Positions 17,729 through 30,230 of a DNA stretch of 64,000 nt are shown here, piece by piece. The stretch spans positions 539 through 64,538 of the forward strand of contig CAIYWC010000179.1 in NCBI GenBank assembly GCA_903929795.1. Reading direction: 5' to 3'. The position numbers and the translations under genes are program-made. Every line of letters starts with the position of its first letter. Within the stretch, counting starts at the first letter, position 1. This DNA comes from an uncultured Myxococcales bacterium. GTDB taxonomy: Bacteria > Myxococcota_A > UBA9042. The notes below the pieces were generated by a model. It was not told the origin of the DNA, made no database searches, and worked only from the letters and a program-made list of their open reading frames with translations.

Positions 17729-18298
17729 ATGCGCACGTTCTCGATTCACCGCCTCGCTCTCACCGGCGCCGCCTTGACGGTCGCCCTCGCCGCCAGCGGC
17801 TGCGGAACCACCACGTCCAGCAGCGGCGGCGGCACCGACACGACCGCGGGCAGCGACACCGCCGCTGATACCGCCACGACCGATACTGCCACCGGTGACA
17901 CCGCGACGACCGACACCGCGACGACCGATACGGCGGCGGGCGACACGACCGCGGCCGTCAGCTTCGCGAAGATTTACCCGAACTTGCAGACCTCGTGCGC
18001 CACTGCGTCGTGCCACTCGACCGCGAACAAGCAGTTCGCCGGCAAGCTGGACATGAGCTCGCAGTCGATCGCCTATGCCGCGCTTGTGACGGCAGCTTCG
18101 GCCGACAACATTTGCGGCCCGATGCTGCGGGTCAAGCCCGGCGATCACGCCAACAGCACGATGTGGGTCCGCATGAGCCCGACGGCGACGGGCTGCGGCA
18201 CCGGCACGGTTGAGAAGATGCCGTTTGGCCTCGCGGCGCTGCCGCAGGCGCAGATCGACGCCGTGGCCGCCTGGATTGACGCGGGCGCCGCCGAATAA
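17729..18298 (+). CDS. Lipoprotein with Thr/Asp-rich repeat linker and C-terminal PSCyt-like (cytochrome-c-like, non-canonical) domain
   Basis: Lipobox LTVALAASGC. The (TTDTA)n coding repeat at 17820-17940. C-terminal FAKIYPNL..CATASCH resembles the planctomycete cytochrome-C-like domain but with C-x4-CH spacing. Confidence 0.6.
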   Translation: MRTFSIHRLALTGAALTVALAASGCGTTTSSSGGGTDTTAGSDTAADTATTDTATGDTATTDTATTDTAAGDTTAAVSFAKIYPNLQTSCATASCHSTANKQFAGKLDMSSQSIAYAALVTAASADNICGPMLRVKPGDHANSTMWVRMSPTATGCGTGTVEKMPFGLAALPQAQIDAVAAWIDAGAAE

Positions 18299-18310
18299 GT
18301 CGCTCTTCCA

Positions 18311-18365
18311 CGCGCCACGCTTCCGGCTGCCCAAGCGTCCGGAGGCGTGGCGCGCGCATTTTTGG
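18311..18365. terminator. Bidirectional rho-independent terminator between convergent genes
   Basis: Inverted repeat CGCGCCACGC (18311-18320) / GCGTGGCGCG (18345-18354) with an inner TCCGG/CCGGA pair, followed by CATTTTT. Sits between the lipoprotein gene (+) and grxD (-). Confidence 0.45.
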
Positions 18366-18371
18366 CAGATG

Positions 18372-18710
18372 TCAGGCTGTGTGAATGGCGGACTGAATCA
18401 GGGGGGCAAGCTCACCGCTCTGAAACATGTCCATCGCAATGTCGCAGCCGCCGATGAGCTGGCCGCCGACGTAGAGCTGCGGAATTGTCGGCCACTTGCC
18501 GTACAGCTTCACGCCTTCGCGGATATCCGGATCTTCCAGGACATTCACGGACTTGTACTGCGACTGCGCGATGCCGCAGGCCTTGAGAATTTCAGCAGTC
18601 CGTGCCGAGAAGCCGCACATCGGAAAGCTCGGTGTGCCCTTCATGAACAGCACCACTGGATTGGATTTGACGAGTTGATCGATTTCGGCGTTGACGTCGC
18701 GCATGGGCAC
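18372..18710 (-). CDS. grxD: Monothiol glutaredoxin (Grx4/GrxD family, CGFS active site)
   Basis: PMCGFSARTAEIL active site and conserved WPTIPQLYV...GGCDI. Confidence 0.9.
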   Translation of the reverse strand: MPMRDVNAEIDQLVKSNPVVLFMKGTPSFPMCGFSARTAEILKACGIAQSQYKSVNVLEDPDIREGVKLYGKWPTIPQLYVGGQLIGGCDIAMDMFQSGELAPLIQSAIHTA

Positions 18711-18733
18711 ACTCCTTATTGCATTGGTTTGAT

Positions 18734-18961
18734 TCAGTTCGCGAGCACGCGGGTCTTGAGTGCCAGCGCATGGATCTCCACGCCGACGCGGTCGCCCAAC
18801 GCCTCGTACACGAGCCGATGCTGCTGAATCATGCTCTGGCCGGCGAACTGGGACGCGGCGATTTCGACCTCGAAATGGTCGCCACCGCCGGTCGTGTCGG
18901 TCACGCGCAACGTCGCACCTGGAAATGCGTTGCGTAGGGTTTCTTCAATGAACGCTTGCAT
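18734..18961 (-). CDS. bolA: BolA family protein
   Basis: BolA motifs (GGGDHFEVEI...SMIQQHRLVY). Lies immediately upstream of grxD in the classic bolA-grxD pair. Start chosen at MQAFIEET. Confidence 0.8.
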   Translation of the reverse strand: MQAFIEETLRNAFPGATLRVTDTTGGGDHFEVEIAASQFAGQSMIQQHRLVYEALGDRVGVEIHALALKTRVLAN

Positions 18962-19147
18962 GGTCGCTCTCTCGCCGACAGCGGCGTGGGGGCCAAAGTA
19001 GTTGGTTTGGCGCGCCGCGCAAGGGGCCAAGGCCAAAGTGAGCGCGCATACGGGACTTTTGGGCCGCGTGCGATTGGCAAGTTGGATGCGCTGCGACATC
19101 GTGCTACCATCGCGGCGCGGCTCGTGTGCCGGCATTCTGGAGACGTG

Positions 19148-19615
19148 ATGACCCGCAATCGCTTGGCGTTTTTTGTGCTTCTCCTAGCCGCGGCTGTGCT
19201 GCTGTCGGCGTACCGGCCGTTCGCCAACGTCCAGACCGTGTGCCCGACATGCGCCGAGAAGGGCGACAAGCTGATCCTGCCCGACGGCAAGACCCAAATT
19301 GGTGACATCATTGCGAAAAATCAGGACGGCTACGTGGTTTCGCGCTTTGGCGAGTTGCGGTTCATCCAGTTTCCGGAGATCGCCAAGGTGCAATGGGCGG
19401 CGGGTAAGGAGCCGGTTGGCCTGCAGAACGACGACCAGATCCTGTTGAAAAACAAGGATCAGACGGTGCTGAACGGCACGCTGTTCGAGAACGAGCCGGG
19501 CAAGCGGATGTCCATGCGCAATCGCAAAGGCCTGGTCTACGTCGTGCTGCCCAAAGAAGTGCTCGTCTACTATCAGCGCGGCGTGCGCAAGGCGCCGATT
19601 CTCACGCCGCCGTAG
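19148..19615 (+). CDS. Hypothetical membrane-anchored protein (CPTC motif)
   Basis: Signal/anchor MTRNRLAFFVLLLAAAVLLSA. No recognisable family. The end overlaps the maf gene by 14 nt (convergent). Confidence 0.45.
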   Translation: MTRNRLAFFVLLLAAAVLLSAYRPFANVQTVCPTCAEKGDKLILPDGKTQIGDIIAKNQDGYVVSRFGELRFIQFPEIAKVQWAAGKEPVGLQNDDQILLKNKDQTVLNGTLFENEPGKRMSMRNRKGLVYVVLPKEVLVYYQRGVRKAPILTPP

Positions 19616-20213
19616 CCGCCACAGCCAGTCGCAGCAGGCGCGCGACCGCAATCAGCGGCAACCCTTCAATCGACGTGGGATCGTCCGTCTCGATGGCGTC
19701 AAAAAGCCACGGACCGGCGCACTCGATCTTGTAGCTGCCCGCGCAATCCAGCGGCGCATCGCGCGCCACGTATGCCTGCGCTTCCGCGCGCGTGAGCGGC
19801 CGCACCTGCACGCGCGCGACCGACGTCTCCTGCCACTGCTGGCCGGGCGTGTCCAGGACGACGTGCGTGCGCAGCTCGTGGATTTGCCCAGCCATTTCAA
19901 GCAGTTGCGTAACAGCGTTCGCGGCCGTGTGCGGCTTGCCCAGCAGCGTACCCGCCAGCACGACGCCTTGATCTGCCGCCAGGATCCACGCCAACCTGTC
20001 CGGATACGTCCGGCGCACCGCGTCGGCCTTTTGCGTCGCGTGGTGGACGATCAGCTGGCGCGCGTCCAGACCGGCGAGCGGCAGCTCCTCGTAGGACGGC
20101 GCAAACGCCGTGAACGCCACGCCGAGTCGTTGCAGCTGCGCGTACCGGTACTTCGAGGTCGAGGCCAGCACCAGCGGCGCGGGCAGAGGCCACCAGGTCA
20201 TCGTCTGCTCCAA
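19602..20213 (-). CDS. Maf-like nucleoside triphosphate pyrophosphatase (YceF subfamily-like)
   Basis: N-terminal LVLASTSKYR matches the YceF-type Maf motif (ASTSPYR). Conserved C-terminal Maf blocks. Confidence 0.75.
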   Translation of the reverse strand: MEQTMTWWPLPAPLVLASTSKYRYAQLQRLGVAFTAFAPSYEELPLAGLDARQLIVHHATQKADAVRRTYPDRLAWILAADQGVVLAGTLLGKPHTAANAVTQLLEMAGQIHELRTHVVLDTPGQQWQETSVARVQVRPLTRAEAQAYVARDAPLDCAGSYKIECAGPWLFDAIETDDPTSIEGLPLIAVARLLRLAVAATAA

Positions 20214-20216
20214 AAG

Positions 20217-21812
20217 TCAGTGCAGCGTGTGGCCGAGCGCGGCTTCCACCGCCGCCACGATGGCGCCCGAACGCACAAGCCGGGTCGCCGCGGCCAGGTC
20301 CGGGTACAGCACGCGGTCATCGCCGAGCGGCGCCACGTCCTGCCGCAGCCGCAGCCACGCCGCGCGCGTGCCCACTCCGGGCCCCAGCGGCGCGCGCAAG
20401 TCCAGCCCCTGACCGGCGCAGAGCAGCTCGATGGCGCAAACGCGCTCCGCGGCCTCCACCACGTCCGTCAGGCGCCGCGCGGCGATCGGCCCCATGCTCA
20501 CGTGATCCTCGCGGTTCGCCGACGACGGAATGCTGTCCACGGACGCCGGGAACGAAAGTCCTTTGCATTCGCTGACCAGCGCCGCGGCCGTCACTTGCGC
20601 GATCATGAATCCGGAATTCAGCCCGGAGCTTTGCGCCAGGAACGCCGGCAGCCCGGACGAGAGCGCCGGGTTGACGAGCTGTTCGATGCGCCGCTCCGCC
20701 ATGGACGCCAGCGACGTAAGCGCCGACCGCGCCGTGTCGCACGCGTGCGAGACCGGCTGACCGTGAAAGTTGCCGCCCGACAGGATCACCGAACTCGCAG
20801 AATCTCCTGATTCATCAGGGAAAATCAGGGGATTGTCGGTCACGGCGTTGACCTCGATCTCGAGCGTCCGGCGCAGGAATTCGATGGCCTCGCGCACCGC
20901 GCCGTGAACCTGTGGCATACAACGCAACGAATAGGGGTCCTGCACTTTGTGACAGTCCGGCCCAGCGTGCGACGCGATGAGCGGGCTGTCGTGGCACAGC
21001 TCGCGCAGGTTCTGCGCCGTGGCGATCGCGCCGGGATACGGCCGCACCGCGACGATGCGCGGGTCAAAAGCGCGCACGGAACCGAGCTGCGCCTCGAGCG
21101 TCATCGCGCCGACAATGTCCGCGGTCTTCAGCAGGTTCTGCGCCCGCGACCAGGCCAAAAGTCCAATCGCAGTCATGACTTGTGTGCCGTTGATCAGCGA
21201 CAAGCCTTCCTTGCCGCCCAGCTTGATCGGCGCCAGACCGGCGCGCCGCAGCGCCTCGGCGCCCGGCAGCTGCTCACCGGCAAACATCGCCTCGCCTTCG
21301 CCGATCAGCACCAGCGCCAAGTGGGCCAGCGGCGCCAGATCGCCGGACGCGCCGACCGAGCCCTGGCACGGCAGCACCGGCAGCACGTCGCGTTCCAGCA
21401 GCGCGCACAGCGCGTCCACCAGCTCGGGCCGCACGCCGGAGTGCCCCTTGGCCAGCACCGCCGCGCGCAGCAGCACCACCGCGCGCACGATCTCCGGGTC
21501 CAACGGCGCGCCGACACCGACGGCGTGCGACCGCAGCAGATTGACCTGCAGCGCCTCGACTTGCTCAATCGGAATCACGACTTCTGCCAATGCGCCAAAG
21601 CCCGTGTTGATGCCGTAGCGCGGGACGTCGTGCTCGCGCAGGAACGCGTCCACGATCGCGCGCGCGCGGGCCACGCGGGTGCGCGCCAAAGGCCCCAGGT
21701 GCGGCAACGCCTGACGATGCGCGATGGCGACGGCAGCGTCGAGCGTCAACGGTTCGGAGAGGTCGATCGGGCGCAGCGTCATGTGGGACCTCGCACGGTT
21801 GGCCACGCGCAA
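20217..21812 (-). CDS. hutH: Aromatic amino acid ammonia-lyase, most likely histidine ammonia-lyase (MIO cofactor)
   Basis: MIO-forming [15 protein letters not shown] triad and NTGFG motif. The selectivity region [10 protein letters not shown] resembles the HAL 'SH' type rather than the TAL/PAL 'HL/FL' type. Confidence 0.8.
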   Translation of the reverse strand: MRVANRARSHMTLRPIDLSEPLTLDAAVAIAHRQALPHLGPLARTRVARARAIVDAFLREHDVPRYGINTGFGALAEVVIPIEQVEALQVNLLRSHAVGVGAPLDPEIVRAVVLLRAAVLAKGHSGVRPELVDALCALLERDVLPVLPCQGSVGASGDLAPLAHLALVLIGEGEAMFAGEQLPGAEALRRAGLAPIKLGGKEGLSLINGTQVMTAIGLLAWSRAQNLLKTADIVGAMTLEAQLGSVRAFDPRIVAVRPYPGAIATAQNLRELCHDSPLIASHAGPDCHKVQDPYSLRCMPQVHGAVREAIEFLRRTLEIEVNAVTDNPLIFPDESGDSASSVILSGGNFHGQPVSHACDTARSALTSLASMAERRIEQLVNPALSSGLPAFLAQSSGLNSGFMIAQVTAAALVSECKGLSFPASVDSIPSSANREDHVSMGPIAARRLTDVVEAAERVCAIELLCAGQGLDLRAPLGPGVGTRAAWLRLRQDVAPLGDDRVLYPDLAAATRLVRSGAIVAAVEAALGHTLH

Positions 21813-21823
21813 CAGGGGCGACG

Positions 21824-24835
<3,012 letters not shown>

Positions 24836-25106
24836 TCGAGTTCCTGTTCGCTGCTGCTGCCGCGTCGCCCGATTCGCCGCGCGAGTGCCGCTCCACATCT
24901 GTCGCGGCCGGGCAACTTGCCTGGGCGGTCGCATAGGGTAGGGCGGAGGTCGGTTCCACGCAAGCGACGTCGGCGCCGTATTTCCAGAGGCTGCGCGCCT
25001 GACGGGTTTGCTTTGGCGCAAGCGCACCTTGATCCTTGCCGCGGTGGCCAGCTAACCGGTATTCTAAAGTGGGTCGGACTCATGCGTGAGGGCCCGGAGC
25101 GACACG

Positions 25107-28100
25107 ATGCGGCGATTTCAACCGTCAGTTTTCCGTTTGCTGTGTAGTTTCGCGCTGCTGGCGGCGCTGCTGGCGGCGTCGGGCTGCGCGCAGCTGACGG
25201 CGCTGTTCAAAGGCAGCGCGGCGGATACGGCGTCCACGGACGATCCGGGCACGGATGACGTGGACCAATCGACCGACGACGGCGACGCAACCGATGACGC
25301 CGATGCCACCGATGACACTGTCGACGTGCCGGATATCAAGCACACGGACATCAAAAAGCCGGACGTGAAAGATACCGATTCCGGCCCGGATCTGCAGGAC
25401 GACGCGACGGACCAGACCGACCTGGATGCGACCGACGATACCGCGACGGACGACGATGTGGCCGACGTGACCGACGTTCCCGACACCGCCGACAGCGGTC
25501 CTGACGTGCAAGTGGACGTGGACACCGGCCCGGATGTACAGGCGGACGTGGACGCGGGGTTGGACACCGGCATCACGACTTTTGGCTGCAAACTCGACAG
25601 CGATTGCGGGGTTGTGCCCACGAGCACGTGCGCGGCGAAATTCCTGTGCCTGGTCGACGCCGGGACGCAGGTCGGCACGTGCGTCGCCTTCCAAGCGGCA
25701 CAGAACGGCACCGCGTGCGACGACGGCCTGAAATGCACAACGACCGACGTGTGCAACGACGGCAAGTGCGTGGGCACGCTGGTGGACTGTGAGGACGGCA
25801 ACCCGTGCACCGTCGACTCCTGCATCACCCTGACCGGCAAATGCAAACACGACACGGCCAAGGCGGGCTCCACGTGCAGCGATGGCGACCCGTGTACGGT
25901 CGGCGATGCGTGCGCCGTCGGCGTGTGCGTCCCCGGCAACAGCGTGTGCGATTGCAAGTCGAACGCGGATTGCGCCGTGCAGGACAGCCCGAACCCGTGC
26001 GACGGCACGCACATCTGCCAGAACAACAGCTGCATCCTGGACACAACAACCGTGGTCAAGTGCGTCGATCCCGGCGTCGCGTGCCAGCTGAACGCGTGCG
26101 ACCCGACGACCGGTAAGTGCGCGATTGTCTTCAGCGGCAACGGCACGGCCTGCACAGACAATAACCTCTGCACGTACCCGGACTTGTGCACGGACGGCGC
26201 CTGCACATCCACGCCGCTCGTCTGCAACGACGACAACCCGTGCACGGACGACACGTGCGTCCCCGGAAAGACCTTGCCCGTCGCCGGCTGCCAGTACGCG
26301 AACAACACGGCGCCATGCGACGACGGCAACGCGTGCACCGACGGCGACAAGTGCGGCACGGGCGCGTGCACCAGCGGCGTCTTCAACACAGCGACGTGCG
26401 GCTGCCAGGCTGACGCAGACTGCGCCAGCTACAACACCAACTGCGGCGGCCAGTTCCATTGCAGCAACACGAAATGCGTGCTGGACACCACGACCATCAA
26501 GCACTGCTCGCCCGCCGGCGACACCGCCTGCGAGACCAACGGCTGCGACGAGGCGACCGGCAACTGCAAGTACACCTATTCCGACAGCACGACGCCGTGC
26601 GACGACAACAACGTGTGCACGCTGGGCGACCACTGCGACGGCGCCGGCCATTGCGTCAAGACCAGCGTCCTCAACTGCAACGACGGCCAGATCTGCACGT
26701 CCGACTACTGCATCGCCGCGTCCGGTTGCAAAAATCAACAAAATACCCTGCCTTGTGACGACGGCAACCAGTGCACCACCCTCGACAAGTGCACGCTCGG
26801 GAAATGCGTGGGCAGCCCGTACGATGGCGGCGGAAACCTGGTCTGCAACTGCAAGACCAACGACGATTGCGCCACATGGAACAAGAATTTGTGTTCGGCG
26901 CCGTACGTCTGCTCGTCGGCCAACACCTGCACGTTGTCCGGCACGCCGCCGGTCGATCCGTGCGCCAGCGAGACAAAATCGCCTTGCCGCTTCTACAATT
27001 GCGACCCAAAGAGCGGCACTTGCAGCATTACAAACAAGGACGACGGCGTCATCTGCAACGACGGCAGCTGGTGCACGCAAAACGACGCATGCCTGACCGG
27101 CGACTGCACCGGCTTGCTGAACACGTGCGACGACGGCAACGACTGCACGACGGACAAGCCTTGCGACCCCAAGCTGCTGACGCTGGGCTGCTCCGTGCAT
27201 ACAGCCTTGGACGACGGCACCGCCTGCACGTTGAACGACCAATGCCAGCTCACGCCGACCTGCACGAGCGGCATCTGCAGCGGCACGGCGCCGAACTGCG
27301 ACGACAGCAACCCGTGCACCGTCGATTCGTGCGACCCGAAGGCCGGCTGCAAGCACGTCTCGGCGGTGAACGGCAGCGCCTGCTCGGACGGCAACCCCTG
27401 CACCGGCGAGGACGTCAAGCTAGCCGACGGCTCCGTGAACATCGGCCAGGACGGCTGCATCCTGGGCAAGTGCGTGCCCGCCAAAGCCAAGAGCTGCGCC
27501 GTGGCCAACACCGGGCCGTGCTACACCAGCACGTGCGATCCGACGAGCACGGCCTTGGACCCGTTGACCAAGAAGTACGCGTGTCTCCAGTCGATGAACA
27601 CCAACCCGTGTCAGGGCGGCGACGCATGCATCGTCAGCCAGGCGTGCCAGAACGGCGTATGCCAAGGCGGCTCGCCCAAGGTCTGCGACGACGCCAACGT
27701 CTGCACCAACGATTATTGCTGGGATATCAAGGACGGCTTGACCGCACCGGGCACCTGCAAGTTCGACCCGCAAGCCTTGACGCCCTGCGACGACGGCAAC
27801 CAGTGCACGTCCAAGGACACTTGCGACAACCTGGGCAACTGCAGCGGCAAGCCAATCGCCGTCGACGATGGCAACCCGTGCACGCTCGACTCCTGCTCGC
27901 AGACGAACGGCGTCGTCCACACCAATGACCCCAACGGCAACTGCGGCCCGCTCGCGAAATGCAACAACGACCCCGTTCCGTCGTGCGTCTTCGCCAGCAA
28001 ACCCATCTTGATCAGCGAGTTCTACACCGGCGTACCCGGCGACCCGAGCGATGACTGGATCGAGATCCACAACCCAACGGCCAACGACATCGCCATTCCC

Positions 28101-30221
28101 AGCTACGCAATCGAGGTCGCGGAGGCCAAGCCGGACGTGGGCATCGGCTGGACGCCACTGGCCGACACCGGCACATCGGGCACGATTACCGCGCACGGCT
28201 ACCTGCTTTTCGCCCACAGCGCCACGGTCGTCGGCGGCCAGAAGGCCGACGTCGTCTCCAGCACAATCGACTTCAAGCACGCGACGCAGGTCGACGTGAA
28301 GGGCGTCCCGGTGCTGGACGTGAACAGCGTGCCCGTCGTCATCAACGTCGGGCAGGTCCGCTTGCGCGACGGCGTGACCGGGCTGGTCCAGGACCGGCTG
28401 TGCTTCGACGCGGGCGGCTGCACGGACTTGGGCGTCGACATCACGCCGATCACACTGAACTCGGTGACATCCAACTCGTTGGAACGCAAGGCAAATAGCG
28501 CCAGCACCGCCGACTCGATGGCCTACCACCACGCCGAGTGGCTGGCTGGCAATGACTACACCGACGGCGCGATGCCCAATGACAACTACGTCTTTCGCTT
28601 GACGCCTGACCCGCAGACCCTCGCTTCAGGCGTGTACGAGCCAGCGTGCGGCGGGACCTGCCCGGCGGCACCGGCGGTGATGATGTGCAATTACAACCCG
28701 TTGCAGGAGACCTGCGTCGCCGATCTCAACTGTGCGAACGGGTGTGGCAGCGACGCGACCTGCAATCTGGACGTGAACGCGTGCATCGTGAACCAGCCCG
28801 GGCTGCTGTTCTCGGAGATCCTGCCGGGCGGCGTATCGGACCCGAACGCGCAGTTCATTGAGCTCTACAACGCCAGCGGTGCGGCCATGGACATGTCCGG
28901 CTTTGTCATCCAGACCAAGACGGCGACCGCTGCCTACACCGATCCGTGGACCAAACTGTACCAGATGCCGGCGGGCACGATCCTCCCGATGCACCGTTAC
29001 TACACGGTCGGCACGGAGGCGTATGCGGCTACGGCGGGCGGCATCGACGCGCTGATCGCCGGCTCGCTGGGCCTGGATCCGAACGGCGCGGCGGTGCGGC
29101 TGTGGGATCCGCGGGCGGATATGGAGCTGGACACGGTGGGCTGGGGAACGGCGCTGTCGTGCACGAACTGCTCCAACTCCGCGTACCACGCCGCCAGCAA
29201 CGTCGCGCCGGGCAACTCGCTGGAGCGCCAATCGATGAACGCTGATTACGCCGTCACGATGAAACCCGGTGGATTGCATTGCCTTTCCGGCAACGGACTG
29301 GACACCAACCACGACGACGCGGACTGGTTTGAGCAGGACGTCCCCGGCGCACAATCGTTCGCGTCCGGCCAGTTCGAGCCCGCGTGCGGCGGCACCTGCT
29401 CGTTGGGCCTCCTGTGCCCGTTCACCGGCACCGACGGCGGCAAGTGCGCCGACCCGCAATGCGGCGGCATCTGCAACGTCCAAAGCGCGACGTCCGGCGG
29501 CGGCTTTGCGTGCAACATCTCGCTGCCCACGCCGGCATGCGACGTCAGTGGGCTGGTCATCGCCGAAGTCAGCCCGGGAGGCCCCGCTTCGACCACGCCC
29601 GGCAACGCAGTCATCGGCGGCGCCGCGAACGAGTACATCGTGCTCTACAACCGCGCCAACCAGGACATCGTGCTCGACAACCTGTACATCGCTTACCGCG
29701 CCACGACCGCCGGCACGATGCTCAAGGCGACCGACGCGGACTTGACCAAGAAGCCGCTGACCGGCGTCATCCACGCGCACTCCTATTTCCTGATCGTGCC
29801 GAGCACGTACGACGGCAAGATTCCGGGGCCGGACTTCGTCTCCGGGCTGACCTGGGGCCTGGATCCGACCACCGGCACGGTGCGGCTGAACCGCTTTGAC
29901 GCCGCAGGTCAGCCGGTTGTGTTGGATCGCTTCGCGTGGGGTACGGACCCCAAGATGTGGAACTACGGCGAAGGCACCGGCGCGCCGCCGTGCGCTGACA
30001 CGACTTCCCCCTGTGCTTTCAAGCGCTTGCCCGCACCCGGCGTCAGCGCCAGCGACGTCCTTTCCCTGTTCTCGCCCTGGTTCTACGCCGGCGCGGGCTG
30101 GGACACCAACAACAACGCCGCCAACTTCATCACGACGCAGACGCGCACGCCGCGCAACAGCTGCCTGCAAACCAGCGGCACCTGTCCGGCCAAGTCGCCG
30201 GGCGTACCGCAACAGCCGTAA
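25107..30221 (+). CDS. Giant lipoprotein (1,704 aa): Asp-rich linker, about 25 Myxococcus cysteine-rich repeats, then three lamin-tail (LTD) domains
   Basis: Lipobox MRRFQPSVFRLLCSFALLAALLAASGC. Repeating C-x-DGNPCTxDxC units at 25.6-28.0 kb. Three LTD-like segments (LISEFYTGVPGDPSDDWIEIHNP; LLFSEILPGGVSDPNAQFIELYNAS; LVIAEVSPGG...NEYIVLYNRAN). Confidence 0.8.
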   Translation: MRRFQPSVFRLLCSFALLAALLAASGCAQLTALFKGSAADTASTDDPGTDDVDQSTDDGDATDDADATDDTVDVPDIKHTDIKKPDVKDTDSGPDLQDDATDQTDLDATDDTATDDDVADVTDVPDTADSGPDVQVDVDTGPDVQADVDAGLDTGITTFGCKLDSDCGVVPTSTCAAKFLCLVDAGTQVGTCVAFQAAQNGTACDDGLKCTTTDVCNDGKCVGTLVDCEDGNPCTVDSCITLTGKCKHDTAKAGSTCSDGDPCTVGDACAVGVCVPGNSVCDCKSNADCAVQDSPNPCDGTHICQNNSCILDTTTVVKCVDPGVACQLNACDPTTGKCAIVFSGNGTACTDNNLCTYPDLCTDGACTSTPLVCNDDNPCTDDTCVPGKTLPVAGCQYANNTAPCDDGNACTDGDKCGTGACTSGVFNTATCGCQADADCASYNTNCGGQFHCSNTKCVLDTTTIKHCSPAGDTACETNGCDEATGNCKYTYSDSTTPCDDNNVCTLGDHCDGAGHCVKTSVLNCNDGQICTSDYCIAASGCKNQQNTLPCDDGNQCTTLDKCTLGKCVGSPYDGGGNLVCNCKTNDDCATWNKNLCSAPYVCSSANTCTLSGTPPVDPCASETKSPCRFYNCDPKSGTCSITNKDDGVICNDGSWCTQNDACLTGDCTGLLNTCDDGNDCTTDKPCDPKLLTLGCSVHTALDDGTACTLNDQCQLTPTCTSGICSGTAPNCDDSNPCTVDSCDPKAGCKHVSAVNGSACSDGNPCTGEDVKLADGSVNIGQDGCILGKCVPAKAKSCAVANTGPCYTSTCDPTSTALDPLTKKYACLQSMNTNPCQGGDACIVSQACQNGVCQGGSPKVCDDANVCTNDYCWDIKDGLTAPGTCKFDPQALTPCDDGNQCTSKDTCDNLGNCSGKPIAVDDGNPCTLDSCSQTNGVVHTNDPNGNCGPLAKCNNDPVPSCVFASKPILISEFYTGVPGDPSDDWIEIHNPTANDIAIPSYAIEVAEAKPDVGIGWTPLADTGTSGTITAHGYLLFAHSATVVGGQKADVVSSTIDFKHATQVDVKGVPVLDVNSVPVVINVGQVRLRDGVTGLVQDRLCFDAGGCTDLGVDITPITLNSVTSNSLERKANSASTADSMAYHHAEWLAGNDYTDGAMPNDNYVFRLTPDPQTLASGVYEPACGGTCPAAPAVMMCNYNPLQETCVADLNCANGCGSDATCNLDVNACIVNQPGLLFSEILPGGVSDPNAQFIELYNASGAAMDMSGFVIQTKTATAAYTDPWTKLYQMPAGTILPMHRYYTVGTEAYAATAGGIDALIAGSLGLDPNGAAVRLWDPRADMELDTVGWGTALSCTNCSNSAYHAASNVAPGNSLERQSMNADYAVTMKPGGLHCLSGNGLDTNHDDADWFEQDVPGAQSFASGQFEPACGGTCSLGLLCPFTGTDGGKCADPQCGGICNVQSATSGGGFACNISLPTPACDVSGLVIAEVSPGGPASTTPGNAVIGGAANEYIVLYNRANQDIVLDNLYIAYRATTAGTMLKATDADLTKKPLTGVIHAHSYFLIVPSTYDGKIPGPDFVSGLTWGLDPTTGTVRLNRFDAAGQPVVLDRFAWGTDPKMWNYGEGTGAPPCADTTSPCAFKRLPAPGVSASDVLSLFSPWFYAGAGWDTNNNAANFITTQTRTPRNSCLQTSGTCPAKSPGVPQQP
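25230..25560 (+). repeat. Asp/Thr-rich low-complexity coding repeat (DDxDxTDD) in the giant lipoprotein
   Basis: Visible periodic gac/gat-rich codons. Translation is D/T/A only. Confidence 0.7.
25590..27960 (+). repeat. Tandem array of Myxococcus cysteine-rich repeats (coding), about 2.3 kb
   Basis: The motif DGNPCT(V/D)D(S/T)C recurs more than 20 times at the protein level. The DNA is only moderately similar between units. Confidence 0.75.
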
Positions 30222-30230
30222 AGTCACCCC

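Noticed and set aside
17729-18298. c-type cytochrome (heme-binding) call for the lipoprotein
   Set aside because: The motif is C-A-T-A-S-C-H (C-x4-CH) rather than the canonical C-x-x-C-H. It is better described as a PSCyt-like non-heme domain, so only a descriptive call was kept.
25125-27356. 743-aa - strand ORF inside the giant lipoprotein gene
   Set aside because: It is antisense to the Cys-rich repeat region. The Arg/Ala/Val composition and the lack of stops are a consequence of GC-rich repeats.
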